Assembly: GCA_035084275.1 (NCBI GenBank)
Contig: CM068743.1
Span: 98,580,001 to 98,644,000 of the forward strand
DNA from: Hydrolagus colliei
Lineage: Eukaryota
Reading direction: 5' to 3'
Length of the DNA stretch: 64,000 nucleotides
Shown: piece by piece, positions 1 to 12,945 of the stretch
Position numbering within the stretch: the first letter of the stretch is position 1
How the letters are laid out: every line of letters begins with the position of its first letter
Translations under genes and position numbers: made by a program
The notes under the pieces: generated by a model
The model's input: only the letters and a program-made list of their open reading frames with translations
Told to the model about the DNA's origin: nothing
Database searches by the model: none

Positions 1-1
1 A

Positions 2-244
<243 letters not shown>

Positions 245-1213
245 GGGGATCGCTCGGCCCTTTGAAAGCGAACCAAGTCGCCATATACACTCTCAATCTG
301 GCCATGGAACAGTAAAATTATTATACCAAACCCTCCTCACTGCTACACAGCGGCAGACTGATTACCTACCAATTAGAATAATTTCTTTGATCATTGACAT
401 TTGCCTTGGCCAACGTGGTACTAAGTAGTTCTGGTGACTGCTCTCTTTAGGATATCAAATGAACCCCCTCCCCCCACCCCCAAACAAGGACGATTTCTGG
501 CTAAAACAGCGGAAAACTGGATGCTACCCTGGGCGGATTACTGTCTGGAGACCCAAACCTCCACGGACTGCTACATCTTCTCTCCAAAGCTGATGATTCA
601 ACAGCTCTAAACAGCAAAGTCACGGTTTTGATTTAAATGTTCTAGCAACGCTTTCTTTCGTGTCGTATATAGCCTTAAAGTAAAAGAACAGCTCCGAATT
701 CAGTGGCGTGGTTATTTTTTTGGAAATATGGCGGGGGGGGAAATACATGTGTCGTTTCTGTGGGGTGAGCTCGTTTTGATAAAGCCACTTTTGTTAAAGT
801 GACTTTATCACTAAAGGATTTTTTGCACGATGGAAGCAATTTCTTTGTGTTGTCGTGGTGTCCTTTTTTTACCTTGTTTGAGTGCAGACAAAGTAAGCTA
901 TAGATACATAACGTACACGATGTACAGAGGGATGATTGTAACTAATGGACCCAATCGTTTATTGATGTGCTTTGGGAATGACCATCTGATCTTCTACCGC
1001 ACACACAAAACATTGAAAGTACTCCGATTCATTATTTCAAGTTTTGCGTTGTTTGCTTTTAATTTTGTTGAGGAAAATGTGAATTCTCTTTAGTCTTTCT
1101 TGCTATTTTCTAGCTAAATGATATCTATAACCTTATCTATGTGATTGCAGAGTACCTGTAATTGTGCAACATTTATTGAGTAAAATCTAAATGACATTTT
1201 GATGTTTAGGTTT

Positions 1214-1219
1214 AATAAA
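1214..1219 (+). terminator. Candidate proximal poly(A) signal AATAAA
   Basis: tttAATAAAaacag. Confidence 0.4.
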
Positions 1220-1600
1220 AACAGTATTACAAAAAAAGTCAATTATTTCTATATTCTGAACCAAATTTTAACAGCAAAAGTTAAATGGTAGATTTTATTT
1301 TAACGTTAGTGAATTTAGAAGAGTTTCTTAGGTGAATCACTCGTCAATTGCTGGTAAATTGTGCAAACGGCTTAATTTTTTGGGGTTCTGGTAGATTTTA
1401 TAGGGAGAAAGGAATGCGCGAAGTCCAGCCAAACTGAAACAAAACAATCTTATTAATTATACATGAATTGTCCTTAGGATGTTGACTAACTGTAAAACCG
1501 ACAGTTCAGAGGATACTCCCCCCTATAAACCAAAATGATTCCTGGTATAAAATGGGCCACCTATGTAGTATCAGATGGATTAGTGGAACTATTTACTATT

Positions 1601-1606
1601 AATAAA
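1601..1606 (+). terminator. Candidate distal poly(A) signal AATAAA
   Basis: AATAAA followed about 20-50 nt later by U/GU-rich sequence (cttgttacacttggtctctttattatcctgttattgt). Confidence 0.55.
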
Positions 1607-2580
1607 AACAATGTCTGAATATACTTGTTACACTTGGTCTCTTTATTATCCTGTTATTGTGGAGGGGGAGGAAGTGAATAGATACCTTTGATATCCAGCT
1701 GCTGGGCTTATTACTCCTATCTTTAGTCTTAAATCATTTAAACCCAAGATTATCTGTTATATCTGTTTGGTTAAACTATTTGAATTTCGATTTGATTCAG
1801 GTTTCAGAATACAACGCTTTTAGCTTTGCATAGCACAACGTTTCCGATCCAGTTTTTAATTGGATAATATAATTCGGAATTACACCTACTATTTATATAT
1901 TTACTGTAAGGAATGAATAGACTTCAAATCTTCTTGTGTATGTGTGTGTGTGTGTTTTGCGCTGAGCAAGAATTCTACTGCTTTAGTAAGTGTTTGAAAG
2001 TGCTGCAGTAGCATAACGATCAGCAATCGTCGCAATTTTGGTTTTGTACAGTGTAGTATAGAGTGCAATTCTATCGTCCTCATTTCACAGGCATTCAGCA
2101 CTTTAACTTATTCGCAGGTGGAGTCGTTAAAGCTTGATTTATTTCCTTTTATTGAGAACCAACAACCCGAATCGTCCAATGATATCACCGGAGGCGAAAG
2201 GTAAGGGGTGTCTAAGAAATAACAAATAGATATCAATGTAAAGCTATTGCAGTATTGTGTGTGGATTGGCCAGGCATCAAGGATCAGTTTGACTGGCTGT
2301 ATATTCTGGCAGCTTTAGCAGCAACGTAACCTTTAACATACATTTCATGTGCGGCGCATTAAACTAACAAACCAGAACTAACCCCGGGTGCCATCGATCT
2401 GCCCACGGTCATGGCTGAATGTGAGACAAAGTGGTGTTCATTTAAGCAAGAAATCAGCTGCCACTGACAATGTGTTGTATTCACATTCCTCACTGTTTGG
2501 CTAACTTGATTACATTCACGCCAGCAATTCATATCCTAGCAATTCATAAAACCCATTCACCCCCACTGAGGTACAGAAAT

Positions 2581-3085
2581 ACAACACCAGCATAATTACA
2601 TTTACAGCGTGTCTTTTCACATCGGGAGGACGACCCAAGGTGCTGAACAGTAAGGGATCAGGACCCCAGCATGGGGGAGGAGTGGGGTGGGCCTGTCTGC
2701 ACTATTGGGATGATGTGGGGGGGGGGGGGTTGCAGAGAGGTAGGAAGACAGCTGAAGGCATGGTTGAAAATGAAGGTCTTGAGTCCGGCTTTGGAAGAAA
2801 GGCAAGTGAGGGCGCAAGGCGAAGGGATTGCGGGATGGAGTTCCAAAGGTTGGAGGCGGAGAGGCTGTCAAACAGGAGATAATGGGAGCAGGCCAGGGCC
2901 TGCTAAACAGAGGGAGTGGGCAGGTAGATAGGAGGTCGACAGGTCAGAGAGGTAGGAGGGAGCAGGGTCATGGAATTCTATCCTCTGAGGGATGTGGAGC
3001 CGGTTGAGTTGGGTGAAGGTGGGGTTGATGGGGTCACAGAGCCTGTTGCGGGAGAGTTATGGATGATCTGCAGTTTGTGGAGGTA
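2581..3085 (-). mobile_element. L2 LINE 3' fragment
   Basis: (caa)n-like tail plus tttcacatcgggaggacgacccaagg, shared with 47930-48205 and 58950-59300; purine-rich antisense L2 body. Confidence 0.75.
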
Positions 3086-6000
3086 TGTTTATTTGGCTAG
3101 AAATTCTATTTGGAGAGAAATAGACGGAAGTGCCATTTGATTGTTGGCTTTGCTTAAAAAACTGAGGGAGAACACTTTTACTAAATTAGGTTGTAGTCAG
3201 GTTGTATTAGGTTGCAGTCAATACTTCATCAGATTACAGCTTTTTTAATGTCTCTGTTTATCCTACTCACTTTTATTTCATGGCTTTCTGGTTTTATGTC
3301 ACCTGTTCAATCTTAACAATGTCCGGGGAATTAACCACCTCACCTGAAACCAAGGTTTAACATCCAGATCTTCCATATATGAACTGGATATTACAAACTT
3401 AATTGTTCTGATCCAAATTTGCAATTCTGTGTCAACCAATATTGCATTCTATTCGTTATCTCTACCCACACTATTTTTGCTTTCATGAACATTTCAAACA
3501 TATATGTTTAAAAAGTGTAATTTATGTCAGTTGATCGAAGAACAAATATTATTTCATAGTTCCTGATGTAATAGTTCCACTTTTACCAAAAATAACATTA
3601 GGTAAGTAATTGATGCTAAGTCATCTGGGAGCATGTGAGAGTTTGTATGTATGGATTTCAGGCGTATGTCAAGTCTCACTTATGTCTAGAATACAACCTC
3701 TTTACATTATTTATTTTGCATTATGAGACTTTATCCATCAGATTCATTCATTTGGGTTTAAAATGCAATCCATGTTGATATGTCTCACTCTATAGGTGAA
3801 ATACAGCTCAGTATCCTTAAATAGGTGGGCAAGATGTGTCCGTCTGTTTGCTCAAACATATAATTCCTAATATTTTCCTAATGTTTGATTTTGTGGGTGT
3901 ATTTGTTTACGTGCATACATATTACGAGAGAAGAAGAACTTTGCTGAGGCAATAATATTACTCAAGGTTGTCCACAGGAAACCAGCCAAACAAAGCCAAT
4001 CGGACATTAATCTCAAAAGCTTTAGCAATAATCATAAATCAACATAATGCATTAATGTTTGTGTGGTGCATCTTTATTTTTAGAACTAAAGCGTGTTACA
4101 TCGAGTGGCAGCATAAGATTTCCTGCTGAAGGTTTGACAAATGATGGTGGTGGGGTGGGGGGGGGGGGGGTGGAGTGTCGCTTTGGTTCAAAACATTATC
4201 ACAGAGCATGTTTTTTCCTTATTAAATATTGAAGAAAAATAAGCAGTGTGATGCTGCGTTCTAACTCACTCTCCATGAGCACAGAGCTGTGATTCGGGGA
4301 TGTGTGCCCTCAGGCTCTATGTGCTTTCCACTCCAGAAAGGTATATCCAGACCCTGATCTCTGGAGAGTCGTGCTCACTGGTGCTTCATGGCAGCAGTCA
4401 AAAGTCCTCATAGCACTCATACATACTGCACTCTCTGCATTTACTATAAACATGCCAAGTTTCTCTCAACCAATTTATCAAACTGGTTGCTTAGTTAGAA
4501 AAGGGCGAAATATCAGAGACTACAAAGAAAGCATGATCTCCAGAAAGTACTGTAAATTGTTTTCCATTAGAGGAACCCTTGGCCTCTCCAACAATAAGGC
4601 AAGATGGTACTTTAATGGTCTGCAAATTTTCAGCATCAAATCATAGTTTATATTGAAGGAGTTTGGATAGATGTATAAGGAAAGGTAAATAAAGAACAGT
4701 ATTTTGGGATTGTTTAAATTCCTTTATTTTCAAACCATTAGATTCTTCTGGTATACAGTGAAACACTGTTTGGTGAAATGCAAAGTAGGAAGACAGTAAT
4801 GTAACCCAATAATATTGTAGACAGTAATGGACAAACACAATGTGCTCATGTACAGTATTAGAATTATTACCAGTATATCTTAGCAACATAGTTTTTCTGA
4901 TGCTCATTGATGATAGAGTATTATAAACCAAATCCTGACTGCATAACTAATATTTTCAATAGTATCTATGGTGTTATGGGGGGATAAGTGCCGATTTTTG
5001 TCAGTAAAGACAATTGCATATTTTTGATAGTTTATTCATTGTTTTTGGGACAAAGTTTCTCTTTTCTTTCTGGAAAACACAGTACATTTATCAAGAAACA
5101 TTCACAGGCATTGTTTTTTTTCATTATTTGGAAAGAAGAAAATATACCAGGCTCTTTCTTTATAAATGCATTTTATTTTGAGAGTGTTTTATGCTTTTGA
5201 ATACTAAAGGTACCTTTGTGCTGTACAACAGAACATTTTCCTATTCTTGCTGTTTACTCTCAGTATCAAACACTTCCATGTCAGTGGAGGAGAGCAATGC
5301 TTTTTGCTGGGCTCCATCAATGATCTTGGCTCTGCAGTCACACCCTCTCCTCCTGTATCATTTTGAATGCCTTTCACAGCAGTTCTTGGGCCTATTTAAG
5401 TGAGGCTGCCCATTTTAAGTGCATATTTGAACTGTTGAATACACACCCACTGAATAATAATCACAATCCTTGCAGTTAGTATAGCATTATTGACCTAATA
5501 GACTGTAATGTGCATATACTGCAAATTTATTTTATGTAAGAGCTTTACCCAAGCAGTGAAGACTTTCATCCCATCCACCAAACTGATGTTTGGTGAGGGT
5601 TTTAATTTTCACTACACGATGCACGTTTTTTTCCCCCATAAATTCTGTCAAATAACTTTTGTAGATGAAAATGTTAAAATCATTTTTTGTAGCAACTGTT
5701 TCTCTATATGTTGGCTGGGCATTTGTTTTATTATGTCCAATTGTTGCACTAAACATTTACTATACATAAATGGTGTGGTGATGAATTGGATTAGGTAAAT
5801 AAATCAATGTTATTAGACTCTGCTGATGTATGTGAAAAAAATTGACAGAATGCAACAACATCATCCAGGCCACTGAATTATTTCAACAAAATAGCTTAAT
5901 TAGCAAACTCTTCATTTGTTAGCAACCGTCTCACTTCCCTCCTTCTTCTGGCTGTTGGGTTTGCCTGCAAATGCATAGTCACTGACAGCAATTATCTGTA

Positions 6001-6654
6001 AAGCCCATTGAATCATTTCAACATTATAGGCACTATGAAATGCAAGGATTATTCCAGAAATGTTTTGAGTCATTTGAATTGTGTGCATATGATGTCTGTT
6101 GCCATCACAAGCCTCATCTGAAAGTTCAAAAGCAAAACAGAAACAAGTTTAATTCCTGCTCTATTTTGAGTCCACTGACCTCAACTACACATTATTGGAG
6201 TTACTAAAATTAGAAATAGGAGCTGTTTATTCAGACCATCCAGTGGTTCCACTATTTTAGTATTATTTCATCTTTTTCAATCCCATTTAACTGCCTTTGC
6301 TTAATTAAAAAAATATACATATCATTACTTCCCAAGAGCCTATCTATTTCCTTCATAAACTGCTCAATTGATTGATTGCACATTTTTCCACAACAGAATA
6401 TTGAATGTTGTAGCCTCACAACTTTACCTCTAACTGGAATTCACTGCAAACAGGATTAGTTTTAATTATAAGGATGATGTTCAATTGCTTTGGATTTCAT
6501 TATTAAGAGGGAATACATATTCCCTATGTATCTTGTCAATCCTCTCATAATGTTTGTACGCACCAATCAGGTCACAAATTAAGAATTTCAACTCTTGCGA
6601 ATTTTATCTGCCATTTCATTTTAACGAAACCCTTACAATCTAGACATCATAGTT

Positions 6655-6890
6655 TTTCTACTCCACATGCCTAATAATAATCCCCCCCACTCCAAGTATA
6701 TATAATTTGGTCACTCAATTCATGACTGTTTGTGGGACACTGCTGTGTACAAATGGCTGCTGTATTTCACCCACAAATATACAGTAGTCAGTTCCCATTA
6801 CAATATATTCTGTGAAACACTTTGAGATGTCTAGAAGACATGAAAAGCACTATATCAAATGCAAGGATTATTCTTACTATTATTATCATC
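6655..6890 (+). mobile_element. tRNA-head SINE family, 5'-truncated copy
   Basis: Body and tail (...gcactatatcaaatgcaaggatta) match the full copies at 13388 and 52146. Confidence 0.85.
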
Positions 6891-7147
6891 TTGGTAGATA
6901 GTCAATGAACTTGTTCCAAGGCTAGGATATATTCTTCCTAAAATAAACAGAATGCTCCAGATGAGGAATAACCATTTTGCTGTATATTTGTCGTAGAATA
7001 TCTTTTGATTTGATATGTAGACTTCTTGTTGTAAAATCCTAGCATCCATACCCTTTTAATGATTTATGTACCTGAATCTCTAAATCCTTTTGTTCGCATA
7101 CTCCCTGCTCCAATGCTCTCGTCGAAAGTGTTATATGTCCAACAACA

Positions 7148-7418
7148 ACCTGTGTTTCGAATCCAGGCAGGTCAGGACAAAACCCTTGGGCAAGTTTCCT
7201 TATTCCACTCACCTAATAATAATCTCTCCAAAAAAAACCCACAATAATAAAAATTAGTCAATTCAATCCACGACTGTGGGACTCTGCTGTGCGCAATTAG
7301 CTGCCGCGTTTCTCCCACAAATATACAGTCAATTCACTTTACAGTATATTCTGTGAGGCGCTTTGAGACATCGATAAGATGTGAAAAGCCCTATGTGAAA
7401 AGCAAGGATTATTATTAT
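7148..7418 (+). mobile_element. tRNA-head SINE family, copy lacking the A box
   Basis: B-box-like gtttcgaatcc, body, (tta)n tail; abuts an antisense L2 tail at ~7420-7590. Confidence 0.85.
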
Positions 7419-7734
7419 AACAATAACAGCAACTTGCATTTATGTAGAGCCCTTCATGCGGGTAGCATGCTTGAAAGTGGAGGGGCATAATGCCGAGCCA
7501 GGGGCGGGGGTGGTCACCATGGTCAATTAGGAAGGTCTTCAGGCGCAATCTGAAAATGAGGAACGAAGGGCAAATGATGGGATGGAGCAAGTGTAAAGCA
7601 CTTTGAGATATCCTCTCAATGTAGAAAGGCTCTTTAGCAATGTAAATTATATTGTATTTATATATGGAATCCGAAACCGAATCCTCAGCACTAAGCACTG
7701 GGTACAACCTACAATTGTATAGGGCCTTGTTGAG

Positions 7735-7878
7735 TCTGCACCGAGATAGAGGGATTAAGGGATATGGGGATAAAACAGGTAAATGGAATTAGGTTACAAG
7801 ATTAGGCATGATCTTAATAAATGTCAGGACAGGCTCGAGGGGCAGAATGCTCCTATTCCTTATGTTCTTATGTTCTTA
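7735..7878 (+). mobile_element. CR1 LINE 3' end
   Basis: gggattaagggatatgggg...ggctcgaggggcagaatg...cctattcc followed by the (ttatgttc)n terminal repeat. Confidence 0.8.
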
Positions 7879-8034
7879 ACCGGTGCATGTCATGGCCCAC
7901 CAATCAAAGTATGTCTCCTTTGTTCTAACTCCAACCTCCAAGCTAATTTTCTCTCAGTGCCATTTGCCTCCAAATCCATGCACCATAATTGTAGTTAGTA
8001 ACTAGTTATACTGGGCTTTATCAAATAATAGAGA

Positions 8035-8225
8035 AGATAATAATAAATAATAATATAATAATCCTCGCATTTGATATAGCACTTTTCATGTATTCTAGAT
8101 GTCTCAAAGCACTTCACAGAATATACTGTAAAGTGAATTAACTGGATATTTGTGGGCAAAACGTGGCAGCCAATTGTGCATAGCAATGCCCCACAAACAA
8201 TCATGGATTGAAATGACCAATTTCA
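8035..8225 (-). mobile_element. tRNA-head SINE family, 3' half
   Basis: Reverse complement of the SINE body and tail. Confidence 0.85.
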
Positions 8226-9624
8226 CATTCATCCTTTATTATCTCAGTAATCTGTCAAAGAACTTGATTAAATTAGTCAGTTATGTTCTACCTTTCACAA
8301 ACTCAAACAGACTCAGCCTAATCAGTTGGCACAATCTATGCAACTCAGTTAATTTGTCAGTGATGATGGATTTCAGAATGAATTCCCACTAGCTTGTATT
8401 TCCCATAATGAGTCATTGGATAAAAATGGGAAGAGAAATCTTATGCTATTTTCTTCTACAAAAAGTGGTCTGGAGCATTCTTGCTATCCATCATGCCAAA
8501 CCAGCACCAGTCTACAGTTACTAGCATTGCCTTTTCCTTTTGTGCATAATAGTGAAACCTTGACTTAAGTGTACCCAGGAAGAAGAGTGCAAAGAATCAG
8601 TTCAATCCTTGGATCATTAAACTATGACTCCTGAGGGTATGTGTGTGATTGTGGACAGTGAATAATTTTGATATGTGTTATCATATATATGTTCCATATC
8701 CTATCATCACTGCTTCAAGACAAAGTATTCGAGCAGTGCCAGGTTCCATGAAACTATATGACTCATTACCTCCAGGAAAGAAGACAAAATGAAAAAAAAA
8801 TAAAGCAATGAATGCATTGCAAAAATAACCAAAGGTTAGTCTGAACTGTGGGCAAATACGATATGCATCACAATCTGGTTTAGACCAGCATGTACATGAA
8901 AGGTATTTGCAAAACATAACAATTCAAGAGCACCCAGGGACTGTTGATGTATCTATTGTTTATCCCTTCACAATGTATTATTTAGTGCATCAGTGTAATA
9001 AGATATGTGTCATGTAATGCTCCTTACTGTAGTTTGGGAAATGTAAACTTTTCCCATAAAAGTTGACAACTTATATTTTTAGTTACAGAATATATTAGTT
9101 AAACAGGTAAAAACTTTAGTTGGAGAATATTTTCCTTCATTTTCCTTGCCAATATATCCCACCATTAATTCCCACTCCTCTCTTGAAGTAATTTGATGCC
9201 TTTTGTGGTGTCTTTTGGGAGTATGGTTCTTGGACAGATGTCAGTATTCGACCCATGATCCAAGAGGCAATCAAATATTATAGCATTCCATTGATTTCTG
9301 GGAGGATAGTCAGCTGCAAGCGATGTCGCTGCTTGTTTCCATAAGGAATCTGTGGATGCACATTTGGTGTGGGAACCTTGTAAAATGGTCAATTGCATCA
9401 CAACTGCTGTCCTCTTGTGTCAGATCAGCAAACTCAAAACAAAGTTGAGATCAAATCCTCCCAGTCCTTACATTCAGCCATTCATTGCTGAGATGTCTGA
9501 ATCATTGGTGGAGCAGGAAGCGTAATTTATAGAATTACATAAACTCTTCAGCATCAAAACAGGTCATTTGGCTCAATTAGTCTGTACTGATGTGTACAGT
9601 ATCAGTTTATACTCCACATAAGCC

Positions 9625-10160
9625 TCCATCCATCCTGTTTAACCCTAAATTGTCCTTCTTCCCCCACATCGATACCATGATCCGCTCTGCCTTTCTCCAC
9701 CAGTGCAACATTGCCCAGCTCTGTCACTGTCTCTCACTGCAGGAAGCCAAGATGCTCATCCATGCATTCATCACATCCAGGCTTGATTACTCAAACATCA
9801 TTCCTTTCAGCCTCACCAACACTTTCATTGACAGTCTGCAGATCATCCAAAACTCCACAGCCCATGTCCTCTCCCACACCAGGCTCCATGACTCTATCAT
9901 CCCCAGCCTCGCCCAGTTCCCTGGCTTTCCATCCTCACCTTGAAGGCCTTTCCACTCACTACCTCCTACCTCATATGCCCTACCTCTGCGACCTTCTAAC
10001 ACCCTTACCAACCTGTCTGTTCCTTCCACTGAGCAGGCTCTGGATTGCTTCATGACCACCGCCCCACCATTGATGGACAAGACTGTCTGGTCCCAAGCCC
10101 TTAAATGCCTCACCCTTGCCTACCCTACTCTTCGACTGCACCTTCGGTCACCCTTCTAAA
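9625..10160 (+). mobile_element. L2 LINE RT C-terminal fragment
   Basis: ORF 9590-9943 contains ...EAKMLIHAFITSRLDYSN...LQIIQNSTA, the typical L2 post-RT motif. Confidence 0.85.
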
Positions 10161-10162
10161 TA

Positions 10163-10527
10163 CAGTAAAAACCTGTTTATCCGGCACCCTCCGAGGGATC
10201 AACTAATTGACTCTGTCGGATAAACGGGCGGCAAGTTGCCGAAAACCCAACACAAAAATTTTATTTATTTTAAAACATACCATATTAATAATATACTAAA
10301 TAGTAACAGAATATTGTATGGCTACTTACCAATAAAGATTCCAGCACACTCGGTAAAACGATTGGTAAAAAAGCGATCGGTAAAATCCCAGAATTCGTAA
10401 GTTTAATATGTTTAATAAGTGCGCATGCGCAAAGTGAGGATACTCGCGATTGCTGGAATGGGTAATTGCCCCGGGAGGGAGTTGAGCAATCCAGGTGATC
10501 GGGTCACGGATAAACAGGCTTTTACCG
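10163..10527 (+). mobile_element. Non-autonomous Tc1/mariner-superfamily (pogo/Tigger-like) MITE, complete
   Basis: TA|CAGTAAAAACCTGTTTATCCG ... CGGATAAACAGGCTTTTACCG|TA: ~21-bp TIRs with 2 mismatches and a TA target-site duplication. Confidence 0.9.
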
Positions 10528-11713
10528 TATTAGGAAATGCCTCTTGTAAAAATTGTTACTTTTCAGTTGGCTTAAGAATACAGAATATTTTCCAACTTTT
10601 TCCTAGCTTACTTTGTAAGTAACTCTCTCATCCCCTAGGATATTCCTCTTCCTTCTGAAGACAGAATAATGAGAGTTTTGGGACAAAGAATTATGATAGA
10701 TATAAAAATAATTCCTTCTTTTCTGCAGTCATTGAACAACTGTGGAATCTGGGCTGACTTAAATCCTTTGAATAGGTCATTGGCACATTGGAAATTAAGC
10801 TATAAATTCCACATATCAGAGTGCATCTCCTACCATCTTAATATCATATGCTTTTAGATTTCCAGCTATTGTAGCTAATTTTGGTCATAAGTGTGAGAGA
10901 TAAAATAGATTTTTATGAAGCACTTCGTCTTAATCCCCCCAAATCGAGTCTCACCAAACATAGGTCAAAAGACATTTGCCTTGAAACATGATCAAGTTGC
11001 AGGCAATTTAACATATATCATTTGGAATAAGTTGAAGACCCCATCTCTGACAGTGTTCTCAATGGTGAACATATGCCCTTATTGCCAATTATACCACCTT
11101 TGGTTACTAAAATGCTACTATCCCACTAACCAGTAATCAAATGTTCCAAACTTGACTTCTCAGATGCCTCCACTGAGAAAGCTCTCAGGAGAGTCCGATG
11201 TAACACATTGATGTATTACATTTTACATGCATTATAAATTTGACCCCAATATGTGCCTAGAGCGATTTTAATTAAAAACGAATAAAAAGGATTACAGATG
11301 ATTCTGGAATTATTTATATGGGGTGTTAATTTACCTAAAAATTACAGACACCTTACTTTACAATATATCGTGAGAAGTGCTTTGAGTTCCTCTTCTGACA
11401 TGAATGACGCTATATGAATGTAAATTGCTTTGTAAAGTGGTTATATCAACTCCAAAGATTATTGTTGTTAATTACACATTTAAGGGCACGTATGGGCATT
11501 TGCACACAGTTAACCCAACCTGCAAATTTAGAGCAGGTGCTCTTAACACAGCGTGAAAACACATCTCTATATATGATCCAACTGCTGTACAGAAGGAAAA
11601 AAATACTAATTCCTTGCAGTTATTTGGTGTTGTCACCCTGCTGAGCAGTGTTGCAGTAGTGGCTTTCATTTTAATTACTGGAAAAAACACTCACAAAATA
11701 TTTCTGTAATTGT

Positions 11714-12045
11714 GGAGCCACTACAGCTCAGTGGCTAGAGCAGTTGCCTCGTAAGAGATTTGGGATCGATTCTGGGCAGGGCAAAATGTTGGGCAAGTTT
11801 CCTTACTCCACAAGCATCTCTTTATCTAGCAGTAAGTAAAAACCTAGTTGTTAGTCGATTGTCGGATTGCTTTTTCAATGGTAATAATTTCTTTTAAAAA
11901 AATTTGCATTCAATCCACAACTGTTTGTAGGACACTGCTGTGTGCAATCGGCTGCTGCAGTTTACCCACAAATATACAGTCAATTTGTTTTGACATATAT
12001 TGAAGACATGATAAGGCTATACCAATTGCATTTATTATGATTAAT
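11714..12045 (+). mobile_element. tRNA-head SINE, long form with extra central domain
   Basis: A/B-box head, then ...tttatctagcagtaagtaaaaacctagttgttagtcgattg... (shared with the copy at 55546), then the common tail. Confidence 0.8.
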
Positions 12046-12050
12046 GAAAC

Positions 12051-12641
12051 TGTAACACTACTCAACACTAGAATCAAGTACAGTTAGATGAGTGAACAGA
12101 ATGTTTCTTTTTATTACGAACTTCATAAAAGGCTAAGAGCCATAGAGCAGTACACTGCAAAATTTCAAAAGAATAGAAGGGAATTTTCGAAATTCATATC
12201 ACAGAGGCCATTAGGACTTTTGCATCTGTGCCAGCCAGATAGGGGATACATCAGATGTTAACCTGATCACGTTGATACGAATCGTCACTGGATTCAGAAA
12301 CCGACATAACCAAGGTCACAGAAGGTTTGTGTGATTTTCAAATGTTATAATAATGGTACTAATTACAGAAAGACATAACTTCATATTCGGTGAACAGAAG
12401 GAGTTGCAGGAGTTTCTTCTTTTTTGCGACCTTCAAACTACCTGGCTTAGCTCACCTGCCTTAGCTCACAGATACCAATTGTTTTTATGTCTCACCGAAC
12501 AAGGAATGTTTGTTTGAACATTCTGCAAGTTATTTAATAATCAATCATAGATAACACTTGTTACATTCTTACATAACACCGGTCACCTGTTGCACATTTC
12601 TTTTCTCACACAACTACGACAGACAGAGCAAGGCTGTTACA
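12051..12641 (-). mobile_element. Solo LTR (591 bp)
   Basis: Termini TGTAACA...TGTTACA (perfect 7-bp inverted repeat); flanks GAAAC / GAAAG (5-bp TSD, 1 mismatch); minus-strand AATAAA at 12110-12115, about 60 bp from the end. Confidence 0.7.
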
Positions 12642-12667
12642 GAAAGAAAAGACAGACACCATTCATT

Positions 12668-12945
12668 TCATAGAATCATAGAATCTTACAGCACAAAATG
12701 AGGCCATTCGGCCCATTGAGTCTGTGCCGGCTCTTTAAAAAGAGCAATTTAATTCCACTCCCCAGTTCTCTCCCCATAACCTCGCAAACCCGTCCTCCCC
12801 AAATAAATGTCAACCTCTCTTTTAAAAGTTGTTATCAAATCGGCCTCCACCACCTTTTCAGGCAATGTATTCCAGATTCGAACAACTCGCTGAGTGAAAA
12901 CATTTCTCCTCACCTCCCCTCTGCTTCTTTTTGGAAACTACTTTA
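12668..12945 (-). mobile_element. CR1 LINE 3' end
   Basis: (catagaat)n terminal repeat followed by ggccattcggccc. Confidence 0.85.

Larger units (their letters stand above)
245..1630 (+). other. Probable cerebellin 3' UTR
   Basis: Repeat-free, U-rich sequence after the stop codon, ending near AATAAA signals; the end is inferred. Confidence 0.6.

Noticed and set aside
4302-4646. 114-aa ORF
   Set aside because: No recognisable domain or splice context, and a GTG start.
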